A stretch of DNA of 6,627 bases, taken from positions 1-6,627 of IMG/VR virus record IMGVR_UViG_3300020030_000376, one strand, 5' to 3'. This document shows positions 1-6,388 of the stretch, one piece after another. The notes under the pieces are model-generated. The model saw nothing but the letters and a program-made list of their open reading frames with translations. It did no database searches and was not told the DNA's origin. The stretch is from a virus. Made by a program: the position numbers and the translations under genes. Within the stretch, counting starts at the first letter, position 1. Each line of letters begins with the position of its first letter.

Positions 1-121
1 AGTCGCTACGCTTGGTTTAACATAGTTTACCACAGAACGCCAAACGCTATTTTATCCTACGCATTGTTTTATTGCACGTCTCGAAAGAAAAAAGGAAAAA
101 TATGCTTTGATGTTTGCGATA
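1..121. repeat. Terminal direct repeat, copy 1 (identical to 6507..6627); circular-genome overlap
   Basis: Base-by-base comparison shows 1..121 equals 6507..6627 with no mismatch. The offset of 6506 nt gives the unit genome length. Confidence 0.97.
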
Positions 122-152
122 AACAGGAGACAGAATGGATAAGAACGCAAAC

Positions 153-169
153 CGAAGTTGGGAACTTCG
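153..169. repeat. Perfect 7-bp hairpin with 3-nt loop; possible terminator on the minus strand
   Basis: cgaagtt (153..159), loop ggg, aacttcg (163..169). On the minus strand it is followed by the T-rich GTTTGCGTTCTTATCC. Confidence 0.7.
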
Positions 170-203
170 TAGGGCTGTAGCCTTATAAGAGTCATCGGAC
201 AAG

Positions 204-220
204 GGAGCGCAAGGCGCTCC
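204..220. repeat. Perfect 7-bp hairpin with 3-nt loop
   Basis: ggagcgc (204..210), loop aag, gcgctcc (214..220). Confidence 0.8.
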
Positions 221-240
221 ACATTCAGATCTTTCACACA

Positions 241-260
241 AGCTGACCAATGTGTCAGTT
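241..260. repeat. Hairpin immediately adjacent to the ori-like motif
   Basis: ctgac (243..247) pairs with gtcag (254..258) across a 6-nt loop. The stem extends with a G-T wobble (242/259) and an A-T pair (241/260). Confidence 0.6.
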
Positions 261-280
261 GTGCTACATATATCAAGTTA
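261..280 (-). promoter_or_regulatory. Candidate viral-strand replication origin / VP4 nick site (phiX174 ori-like)
   Basis: The minus strand reads TAACTTGATATATGTAGCAC. The first 20 nt of the phiX174 origin read CAACTTGATATTAATAACAC, so 16 of 20 positions are identical, including AACTTGATAT. It contains the CTTG/ATA nick consensus shared with pC194-family plasmids. It lies on the coding (viral) strand, is non-coding, and is the only CTTGATA on that strand. Confidence 0.45.
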
Positions 281-294
281 GACGATGCCGGATG

Positions 295-561
295 CTACTC
301 GCCCGGTCCACAAGTTAACTGACAAAAGTCAGTGTAAGAGAATACCGCACGAGACGCGCGGTTACAATACTCCGCATCGATGATGCCTACAAACAGATAT
401 GTAGACTGATATGCCTGCTGCATATGATCCACAAAAGCCACGGCTCTGTCAGCCATTCTCAAATCCAAGGCCTGATAAGCCGTATTGCAAGGTATACCTA
501 CAACTTTGATATACTCCTGCTTCTGTTTCCTGATGTTCAAATACTGTAAAAGAATGTCCAT
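295..561 (-). CDS. Hypothetical protein, 88 aa, last gene before the non-coding region
   Basis: ATG at 559..561 and TAG at 295..297, on the same strand as all core genes. It is separated from VP2 by a 97-nt AT-rich spacer that carries a promoter-like motif. Four Cys, no TM segment, no recognisable family. Confidence 0.5.
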   Translation of the reverse strand: MDILLQYLNIRKQKQEYIKVVGIPCNTAYQALDLRMADRAVAFVDHMQQAYQSTYLFVGIIDAEYCNRASRAVFSYTDFCQLTCGPGE

Positions 562-607
562 AATTGTAATGTTTAAAAGGTTAATGATCCAGTTTCTTCC
601 AACACTA

Positions 608-639
608 TAAAGATAGACATTCCTTATATATTTACCAAA
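608..639 (-). promoter_or_regulatory. Candidate Bacteroidetes-type promoter for the 88-aa ORF
   Basis: The minus strand has TTTG (636..639), a 20-nt spacer, then TATCTTTA (608..615; 7 of 8 to TAnnTTTG, sharing TATCTTT with the 6451..6458 box). It lies about 47 nt upstream of the ATG at 561. Confidence 0.3.
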
Positions 640-658
640 AGTTCCCCGTTAAAGAATA

Positions 659-1702
659 TTATTCTTCCGAAGAACGGGGGTTGGCAAAAGGTACGAAAGA
701 TGCAACATCACGGAGAACCAGGTGCAGCTGCTTCATGGACCGTTCGAAATCAGACCAGTCCATATCCTGCGTAAGGTCGAAGCGGAGACGATCCGCTTCC
801 GCGTTTACCTTAAAGCCCAGATCCTGATAGAATGAAACCAAAGCTTGATTCCGTTTTTCATCAGACTTCATAAGAGGCAATTGTGCAGCAAGCTGCCGGA
901 AAGCGATCTTAAGTTTCTCCTGAGAGACACCCAGCTGACCTTGCATGACCTTAAGCTTGCCATGCTCGATGAACGAATCCAAAGCCACACGGACATGACG
1001 TTCCCAAATACGGCTGTCAACATCAGCAGCGCTTGAAATCAAAAGATCAATTTCCGAGTCTATCTTACGGATGGATGCATTGATCTGTTCAACCATACTG
1101 CGAGCTTCGGAAGCCTGTGCATCATTAAGATTCACCTTACTGCCGTTGACAAGAATGACACTGTCCATAGTATCCAACTGTCCCTGATTAAAGGCATCCC
1201 TGAACGAAGCGTCAGAAGCAAGAATATCATTCGTATGTTTCTGGCCTTCAGTTTCAGCATTTGTCTTGGATACCTGGGCAGCCAAGGCAGTGTCCGCAAG
1301 AGCCTGCGAAGCAACGCTTCCAATAGGCCTGTAACGGTTCCATACAGAAGTATCGGCAACAGGACCGGACGGAGTATGACCGCCTTGTGCCTGGACAGAC
1401 GAACCTTGCAATGCTCCGTTGGAAGCATACAGATCCGGATTGATACCAGCAGCTCTCAAACGGGCCTGGACAGCAGCGGGTGTATTATACTCGTTATTGG
1501 CCTGCCAAAGCTTGAAATTCCAATCATTCTGAGCCTCACGTTCAGAAGTCTGCCATTTACGGGTCTTCTCAGCCTCTTCACGCGCCGCCGCGAGCTGTTT
1601 TTCAACAGACTGATTCTGAGAATGAGCACCAAACAGATTAGAGATGCCGGAAAGGGCGCCACCGATAAGAGCGCCTCCGGCACCTGCAAAGAACTTTGCC
1701 AT
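659..1702 (-). CDS. VP2: Minor capsid / DNA pilot protein VP2
   Basis: 347 aa. The Gly-rich hydrophobic N-terminus (FFAGAGGALIGGALSGISNLFG) and the motif YNTPAAVQARLRAAGINPDL are characteristic of gokushovirus/alpavirus VP2. Its position directly downstream of VP1 also fits. Confidence 0.88.
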   Translation of the reverse strand: MAKFFAGAGGALIGGALSGISNLFGAHSQNQSVEKQLAAAREEAEKTRKWQTSEREAQNDWNFKLWQANNEYNTPAAVQARLRAAGINPDLYASNGALQGSSVQAQGGHTPSGPVADTSVWNRYRPIGSVASQALADTALAAQVSKTNAETEGQKHTNDILASDASFRDAFNQGQLDTMDSVILVNGSKVNLNDAQASEARSMVEQINASIRKIDSEIDLLISSAADVDSRIWERHVRVALDSFIEHGKLKVMQGQLGVSQEKLKIAFRQLAAQLPLMKSDEKRNQALVSFYQDLGFKVNAEADRLRFDLTQDMDWSDFERSMKQLHLVLRDVASFVPFANPRSSEE

Positions 1703-2019
1703 TATTTCAACCGACTGTGCTTTTCATTGTAGGCGGCTACAATCTTGGCACGGGCATCACGTTGGGCATTCCAAACATCAGCAATATCCTGGCCCCGACG
1801 ATATTCAACGGGAACAATCCAGGATTCCTCATCCATAAAATCATCAGAGGGCAGCTGCGAAATGTTCTGGGAAGAGATAGGCACACCAGCTTTGGCAGCT
1901 TCATACATCTGGGCGGGAGTGTAGGCAAGGTCACCACGCACAGGAAGTTCGCCGGACTTCCGGGTGCAAGTACATGTGTGGGTATTCCAAGCATGAATTA
2001 CAACTTGTTTCATAATCAT
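1702..2019 (-). CDS. Hypothetical protein, 105 aa, between VP1 and VP2 (scaffold-like role is only a positional guess)
   Basis: Its ATG (2017..2019) overlaps the VP1 TGA (2016..2018) as ATGA. Its TAA (1702..1704) overlaps the VP2 ATG (1700..1702) as TAATG. This translational-coupling geometry argues that it is expressed. An alternative ATG lies two codons downstream. No motif recognised. Confidence 0.6.
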   Translation of the reverse strand: MIMKQVVIHAWNTHTCTCTRKSGELPVRGDLAYTPAQMYEAAKAGVPISSQNISQLPSDDFMDEESWIVPVEYRRGQDIADVWNAQRDARAKIVAAYNEKHSRLK

Positions 2020-4244
2020 TCAATATGAGGTATCGAGTTACGGGGAATAGTAGTCTTCTTGGTAATGTCAAAAGCAATGCTGCCTAAAATCTTGTCACCG
2101 TTTTCGGCAGTCATGGCAAACACGTCATTGACATGATCAGGATTTACAAGCAGGAAATCCCTGGACAGTTCAGGCGCCTTGTCAAACACACGGTTGATAA
2201 GGAAGTTACGCATGGAACCACGGAATTCACCGTGAACTTCGTCAAAGGATGAAATCAGATCCCAATATGCGCGCTGATAACCGAATACCTTATTGGTATT
2301 CTGAGGATTCACAGCGTAAGCCTGATAAGGACATAAATTCTTATACAACATAGGCTGATAGCTTATATTGTTAAACTGCGGGAAATGCCAGTCCAAAAGG
2401 TTCATACGGGTAAAATGAGGAGGCAACAACTGTGAATAATTCGCAGCAGGCACAACAGACATGACACCGAGAATATAGCCTTCTTCCGGACAATACTTAC
2501 GGATAATATGCCGCATACCGGACTGTAAAGAACCCTGGCCGGCAAAACTACCCAACGGATTGCCTTCAGTCGGCGTAGTCTGCGTTACCTTATATACAGG
2601 AATAGTGTCAGAGATACCACCGAGAAACTCCGGCATCATAAGCTCGTCATAATCCAAATTGACATCAAAGAGACCCTTGACAAGGTTCTTGTAACGCGGA
2701 GACTGACGGATACGGATTTCAAGGAAACGCTGGAGTGAGTTGACGTTACGGAAATCCGAAATGGATATACCCGAAGTAGCCATGCCGATAAGGTTCCGGA
2801 CAACATCAGCAGGCGCATTGGAACTTCTGACCTGAAAACCTGTAACGGTATCACCGTCTTCAGCAGTTTCAAGCTGCGCATGATACTCGGTTCCGGCAGC
2901 GTCGCGGAATGTAGCTTCACCAAGAGAAGTAATGCCGACAAGAGGCGCGACACCGGCCTGGGGAGACTGCAAAGCCGTAGTGTACGCATCAGGTTCCCAA
3001 TTGGCATAATGCAACTGATACTTATAACTATCTCTGCCGCCTTTTACAGAAGGTACATATTTATTGTATTCCGGTTTGCCGTCCACAATAAAAGGATTAT
3101 TACGGATATCGCGACCGAAGGCATTATAATATGCCTCATATGCACGGAACGGAAGAGCGGACAAAGGAATGGCAGGCATACCGGAAGTAGCATAGAAAGG
3201 ACAGTTACCCGATTCGGGTTTCGACCATTCAAAAGAACCATAAGGATAGACTAAAGAAGCAGCTCCTTTTTTCACGTAATATGTATCCTGATTGGGAAGT
3301 TTAACCGCCTGTATGGCAGGCGAAGGAACAATGACATCCTTTTTAAAAGAAAACAAAAATCCCGTAAGAGACTGGGAGGTGTTGAAATCCTGTAAAAGCG
3401 TAAACGAATACAACGTTCCGGAGAGCAGCTCACAATTACAGACAATCGTTGTAGACAAGATCGCGTTTGAAGAATTGACAAGAAAAATACCAATCTTACT
3501 ACCAAAATCAGACACCGGAAAATTAAAACCGAAATCAGCATACAGAACAGCTCCTTTTTTCAACTCCGCGTGATAGTCTTTCGCAGAAAAAAGATAACTG
3601 AGCCAACTGCTGTTGTCAGTAGCAGCGGAACCATCAGAAGGATAACACGCAGCGGAAGAAAAATAAGTGGAAACAGGGGTGCTGCCTATAACCTTCTGCA
3701 AAGCCTTCACATCAGCCGGCGGAGTCGGTCTGACCAATAATCCTCTACTCAGATTCTTCAAATTAACAGGGGCACCTAATTCCAAAGGAAGATACGCAGC
3801 TTCCAATGTCTTGCCAAAAGTGCCTGTAATTGTCGTAGGCACGCCAAGATAGTCAGCGAGAGAACCTGTCTGCAAATCATCAGGTATATTGAACTGATCT
3901 TTCCGTTCAGGAGTATTACCATCGGCGAGGACATCCATCCAAGGAGGTGTAACAGTTTCATCACCACCAAAGAATGTCATCCAATCTTCCCAAAGAGTAC
4001 GGGTACGGACATAAACGAAATGTAACCGCACATAAAGTTGGGTCTGTATCGGAAATACAGTCGGAAGCAGCTGTAAATTGAAACGGGCGTCTATCTGAAA
4101 CGAATCACCGAACGACGCCGGAAGCAGGCACACAGGGGTTATCGCTCCGAACTTCATTGTCAGATTGTTCACAAACGAAAGGTCAAAGGTAGAACGGTTG
4201 ACACGATCTATATATGCATCTTTTTTACGAAATATATTTGCCAT
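2016..4244 (-). CDS. VP1: Major capsid protein VP1 (phiX174 F-like jelly-roll)
   Basis: 742-aa ORF with ATG at 4242..4244. The N-terminal RSTFDLSF...GAITPV...GDSF and the internal motifs DYLGVP and LSALPFRAYEAYYNAFGRD are typical of Microviridae VP1/F. The large size fits Alpavirinae-type capsids. Confidence 0.95.
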   Translation of the reverse strand: MANIFRKKDAYIDRVNRSTFDLSFVNNLTMKFGAITPVCLLPASFGDSFQIDARFNLQLLPTVFPIQTQLYVRLHFVYVRTRTLWEDWMTFFGGDETVTPPWMDVLADGNTPERKDQFNIPDDLQTGSLADYLGVPTTITGTFGKTLEAAYLPLELGAPVNLKNLSRGLLVRPTPPADVKALQKVIGSTPVSTYFSSAACYPSDGSAATDNSSWLSYLFSAKDYHAELKKGAVLYADFGFNFPVSDFGSKIGIFLVNSSNAILSTTIVCNCELLSGTLYSFTLLQDFNTSQSLTGFLFSFKKDVIVPSPAIQAVKLPNQDTYYVKKGAASLVYPYGSFEWSKPESGNCPFYATSGMPAIPLSALPFRAYEAYYNAFGRDIRNNPFIVDGKPEYNKYVPSVKGGRDSYKYQLHYANWEPDAYTTALQSPQAGVAPLVGITSLGEATFRDAAGTEYHAQLETAEDGDTVTGFQVRSSNAPADVVRNLIGMATSGISISDFRNVNSLQRFLEIRIRQSPRYKNLVKGLFDVNLDYDELMMPEFLGGISDTIPVYKVTQTTPTEGNPLGSFAGQGSLQSGMRHIIRKYCPEEGYILGVMSVVPAANYSQLLPPHFTRMNLLDWHFPQFNNISYQPMLYKNLCPYQAYAVNPQNTNKVFGYQRAYWDLISSFDEVHGEFRGSMRNFLINRVFDKAPELSRDFLLVNPDHVNDVFAMTAENGDKILGSIAFDITKKTTIPRNSIPHIE

Positions 4245-4246
4245 AA

Positions 4247-4447
4247 CTATAAATTGACATTGATATCAGGGGTTTTCAAAGTATCCACACGCGTAGTGAC
4301 AGACTGCTGCGTGTCCTGAGAAGAATTCTGGTTTTTCCAGAACAGGGACATTGAAGCTGTACAGCTATCCAAAAGAACAGCAGCGGCCACTCCTAAAATA
4401 AAAGTGGTCGCGAGCTCTATAATTTTATAAATCTGTCGTTTAGTCAT
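4247..4447 (-). CDS. Small membrane or possible lipoprotein-like protein, 66 aa from ATG (70 aa if the TTG at 4457..4459 is used)
   Basis: Sequence MTKRQIYKIIELATTFILGVAAAVLLDSCTAS... has a basic N-terminus, a hydrophobic helix of about 18 residues, then LLDSC (an imperfect lipobox) and a polar Ser/Thr/Gln-rich tail. The track start at 4459 is TTG; the first ATG is at 4445..4447. The TAG stop lies 2 nt before the VP1 ATG. Confidence 0.6.
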   Translation of the reverse strand: MTKRQIYKIIELATTFILGVAAAVLLDSCTASMSLFWKNQNSSQDTQQSVTTRVDTLKTPDINVNL

Positions 4448-4664
4448 CCTCCGGTTCAATTAGATATTGTTCAAACATACCATCAGGAAACTGACGGTCC
4501 GTAACAATCAGCTGCATGGCAGCAGAGAGAGGAATGTGTACGCGGACTACAACAACAGTCGGTGTCTCTTCCTGAGCGGACAGGAATTTACGGGTTGTAA
4601 AAGTAACACGAGGTTCTTTGTCTTGCGCTGTAACCGAACAGCAATCTACATTTAATTTTACCAT
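4440..4664 (-). CDS. Hypothetical small protein, 74 aa, acidic C-terminus
   Basis: ATG at 4662..4664 and TAA at 4440..4442. It is on the same strand as the core genes and packed between neighbours. Its last 8 nt overlap the start of the next ORF (minus-strand ATGACTAA). No recognisable motifs. Confidence 0.55.
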   Translation of the reverse strand: MVKLNVDCCSVTAQDKEPRVTFTTRKFLSAQEETPTVVVVRVHIPLSAAMQLIVTDRQFPDGMFEQYLIEPEDD

Positions 4665-4677
4665 AACGTAAAAGTTT

Positions 4678-4857
4678 TTAAGTGAAACAAAAATTATTGG
4701 ACAGGACTACGAGGTAATCATCCTGCATAAGTCCCGGCAGTTCAAAATTCACAAATAAAATATATTCATCAAGAGTTTCAAAGGTACGATAAGAAATCTT
4801 ATCCTTTTCACAGTTCAACATCACCTTCGGATATATCTTGGCATAAATGTACGGCAT
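4678..4857 (-). CDS. Hypothetical small protein, 59 aa (not in the ORF track because it is below the length cutoff)
   Basis: Hand translation from ATG (4855..4857) gives MPYIYAKIYPKVMLNCEKDKISYRTFETLDEYILFVNFELPGLMQDDYLVVLSNNFCFT, ending at TAA (4678..4680). It starts 2 nt after the VP4 stop and ends 13 nt before the next ATG, so it fills the gap exactly. I recognise no homology. Confidence 0.45.
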   Translation of the reverse strand: MPYIYAKIYPKVMLNCEKDKISYRTFETLDEYILFVNFELPGLMQDDYLVVLSNNFCFT

Positions 4858-4859
4858 AG

Positions 4860-6257
4860 TTACAAAATTTCTCTATAAATAGCAAGAATATTCTCGTTAT
4901 CTGTCTTATATTTAACATATGTGATATCAATCTCAGGCTGCGTAGACATATATTCGGTCATAAACTCATGATGTTCGCGCTTGGCGGAAGTCATCATCTT
5001 GTAATACGCGAGGTCAAATTCATATGCCTCAAGCATGGCCAGAAGAGGTTCAAGAATATGCTCCATGACAATAAGGCTGTCTTCCTGATGAATGGCATAA
5101 AAGTTCTTCGCGTTATCAAAGATAAAGCGGGGGAAATGTTCCACACAAGTGTCAAAATTGTAGAAGGGGTACTTGTCATGAAGACGTTTACGGGTTACAT
5201 TGACTTCATTGTCAGGCATACGGAGATGTATCTGCCAGAGACAGGCACGAAGTGAAAGAAAATAATCGGCAAGCTGGATAGTATCGCGTATCTCTTTCCG
5301 GATAAGCATAGAGGGGGTCGGATAAAGTTTCCGACGGAAATATGCGGGAATATACGAGACAAAGCGTTCGCCTGTAAATTTGTCAACGATCTCAACAGTC
5401 AGAACGTCAGGGTTCTGATAGAACCACATGACATGGTCGAGACACCATTTGTAACCAAGGCCGCCGCTGCGTCGGGAAGACAGATAAAAGGTTGGTTTAC
5501 AACCTTTTGGAATGTCGCTTTCTTTACGCATGTATTTCATGCAATATTGAATGCCGCCTTGGGTGCAAGGCTTGCAATAGACAAATCCAAGTTCGCCTAG
5601 ATAATCCCAATCAAAGCGATGAACAAGTTTATTATAGACTCGTTTTCGAACAGACCAAGCCTGATGGACAACCTGATACACATCCATAGCAGACATATGA
5701 ATAGGCATATTCCACAAAATAAGATGATAATGAGGCAGTTTCGTATGACTGCCATATTCAGCGGCGGCAAAATACCGGATTGTCTCATCATAGTTATGGT
5801 CTCTAACAAGAATCTGACGCAGACGTTTAAGAAAATCCTGTACATCTTTTTTATCTACACCGTCCGCGGGACGGTGTGCGGGGTTATAGGTGAGGGTAAT
5901 GAAATAGGGGACAGAACGGGACGACTGGGTCTCGGCGACTGCACGGAACATCCAGTCACGGGCGTTCCTCTTACGGCAAAGATTACATTTACGGCACGGA
6001 GTCGCCAGGAACATAGGTACGGCGTCGCCGTCGCGGTCAAAGGCATAAAAACTGTCTTGCCATGACGCAAGGTTTTGAAAATCAATGTTTTTCGGCGAAA
6101 ACAGGGAATACGGAAAATTCCAACGCCATGCAGCGAGCTGCATTTCCGGTACAAAAGTCGCATTTCCATCATAAACATATCTTCCGGTTTGTAAAAGTGC
6201 ATCCTTAAAAGCAGGATTTAGGATATATTTTGGTTTTTCACAAAGAATATTTGTCAT
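4860..6257 (-). CDS. VP4: Replication initiator protein VP4 (phiX174 gpA-like HUH rolling-circle endonuclease)
   Basis: 465-aa ORF with ATG at 6255..6257 and TAA stop. It has RCR motif 1 FITLTY, HUH motif 2 LPHYHLILW and a motif 3 tyrosine pair YCMKYMRK (compare phiX174 YVAKYVNK). The Cys cluster PCRKCNLCRKR upstream of the motifs is as in gokushovirus/alpavirus VP4. The leader before the ATG is A-rich (AAAAATAAAAAACT). Confidence 0.93.
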   Translation of the reverse strand: MTNILCEKPKYILNPAFKDALLQTGRYVYDGNATFVPEMQLAAWRWNFPYSLFSPKNIDFQNLASWQDSFYAFDRDGDAVPMFLATPCRKCNLCRKRNARDWMFRAVAETQSSRSVPYFITLTYNPAHRPADGVDKKDVQDFLKRLRQILVRDHNYDETIRYFAAAEYGSHTKLPHYHLILWNMPIHMSAMDVYQVVHQAWSVRKRVYNKLVHRFDWDYLGELGFVYCKPCTQGGIQYCMKYMRKESDIPKGCKPTFYLSSRRSGGLGYKWCLDHVMWFYQNPDVLTVEIVDKFTGERFVSYIPAYFRRKLYPTPSMLIRKEIRDTIQLADYFLSLRACLWQIHLRMPDNEVNVTRKRLHDKYPFYNFDTCVEHFPRFIFDNAKNFYAIHQEDSLIVMEHILEPLLAMLEAYEFDLAYYKMMTSAKREHHEFMTEYMSTQPEIDITYVKYKTDNENILAIYREIL

Positions 6258-6307
6258 AGTTTTTTATTTTTAATTCGGGCGTCCGGGCGGGCTATCCGCT
6301 CAGACAA

Positions 6308-6322
6308 ATCGGCTTCGCCGAT
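6308..6322. repeat. Perfect 6-bp hairpin with 3-nt loop in the GC-rich island
   Basis: atcggc (6308..6313), loop ttc, gccgat (6317..6322). Confidence 0.75.
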
Positions 6323-6373
6323 ACTCGCTCCTATCCCTGACGCGCTTCACTCCGTTACGCAATGCATTCCGGC

Positions 6374-6388
6374 GTCATCCGAGATGAC
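6374..6388. repeat. Perfect 6-bp hairpin with 3-nt loop in the GC-rich island
   Basis: gtcatc (6374..6379), loop cga, gatgac (6383..6388). Confidence 0.75.

Noticed and set aside
1-121. Terminal repeat as a biological DTR, LTR or transposon end
   Set aside because: It is an exact direct duplication at the two window ends of a genome type known to be circular ssDNA. No inverted ends, target-site duplications or transposase are present. An assembly overlap is the simplest reading.
47-276. Two overlapping minus-strand track ORFs (47..250, 67 aa; 52..276, 74 aa) in the non-coding region
   Set aside because: Both begin at TTG rather than ATG (checked at 248..250 and 274..276). They overlap each other in different frames and run through the hairpins and the ori-like motif. 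Their products are low-complexity and unremarkable. They are more likely non-coding.
100-294. Possible tRNA or tRNA-like gene in the hairpin-rich non-coding region
   Set aside because: No T-loop (GGTTCGAATCC-like) or D-loop consensus and no cloverleaf arrangement could be found on either strand. The hairpins are isolated triloop stems.
501-512. Second ori-like string CAACTTTGATAT on the plus strand inside the 88-aa ORF
   Set aside because: It has an extra T that disrupts the CTTGATA core. It lies on the non-viral strand and inside coding sequence, so it is probably coincidental.
4457-4459. TTG start given by the ORF track for the 70-aa membrane ORF
   Set aside because: An in-frame ATG lies four codons downstream (4445..4447). 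It keeps the whole basic-hydrophobic signal and gives a compact 8-nt overlap with the upstream ORF. The ATG start is preferred, though TTG cannot be excluded.
845-6065. Plus-strand ORFs (845..1036, 1235..1732, 1644..1838, 1696..2028, 2880..3254, 3292..3573, 3667..3852, 4467..4655, 4968..5255, 5492..5689, 5619..6065)
   Set aside because: All are antisense to, and contained within, strongly supported minus-strand genes. Microviridae transcribe a single strand. The translations are low-complexity with no recognisable motifs.
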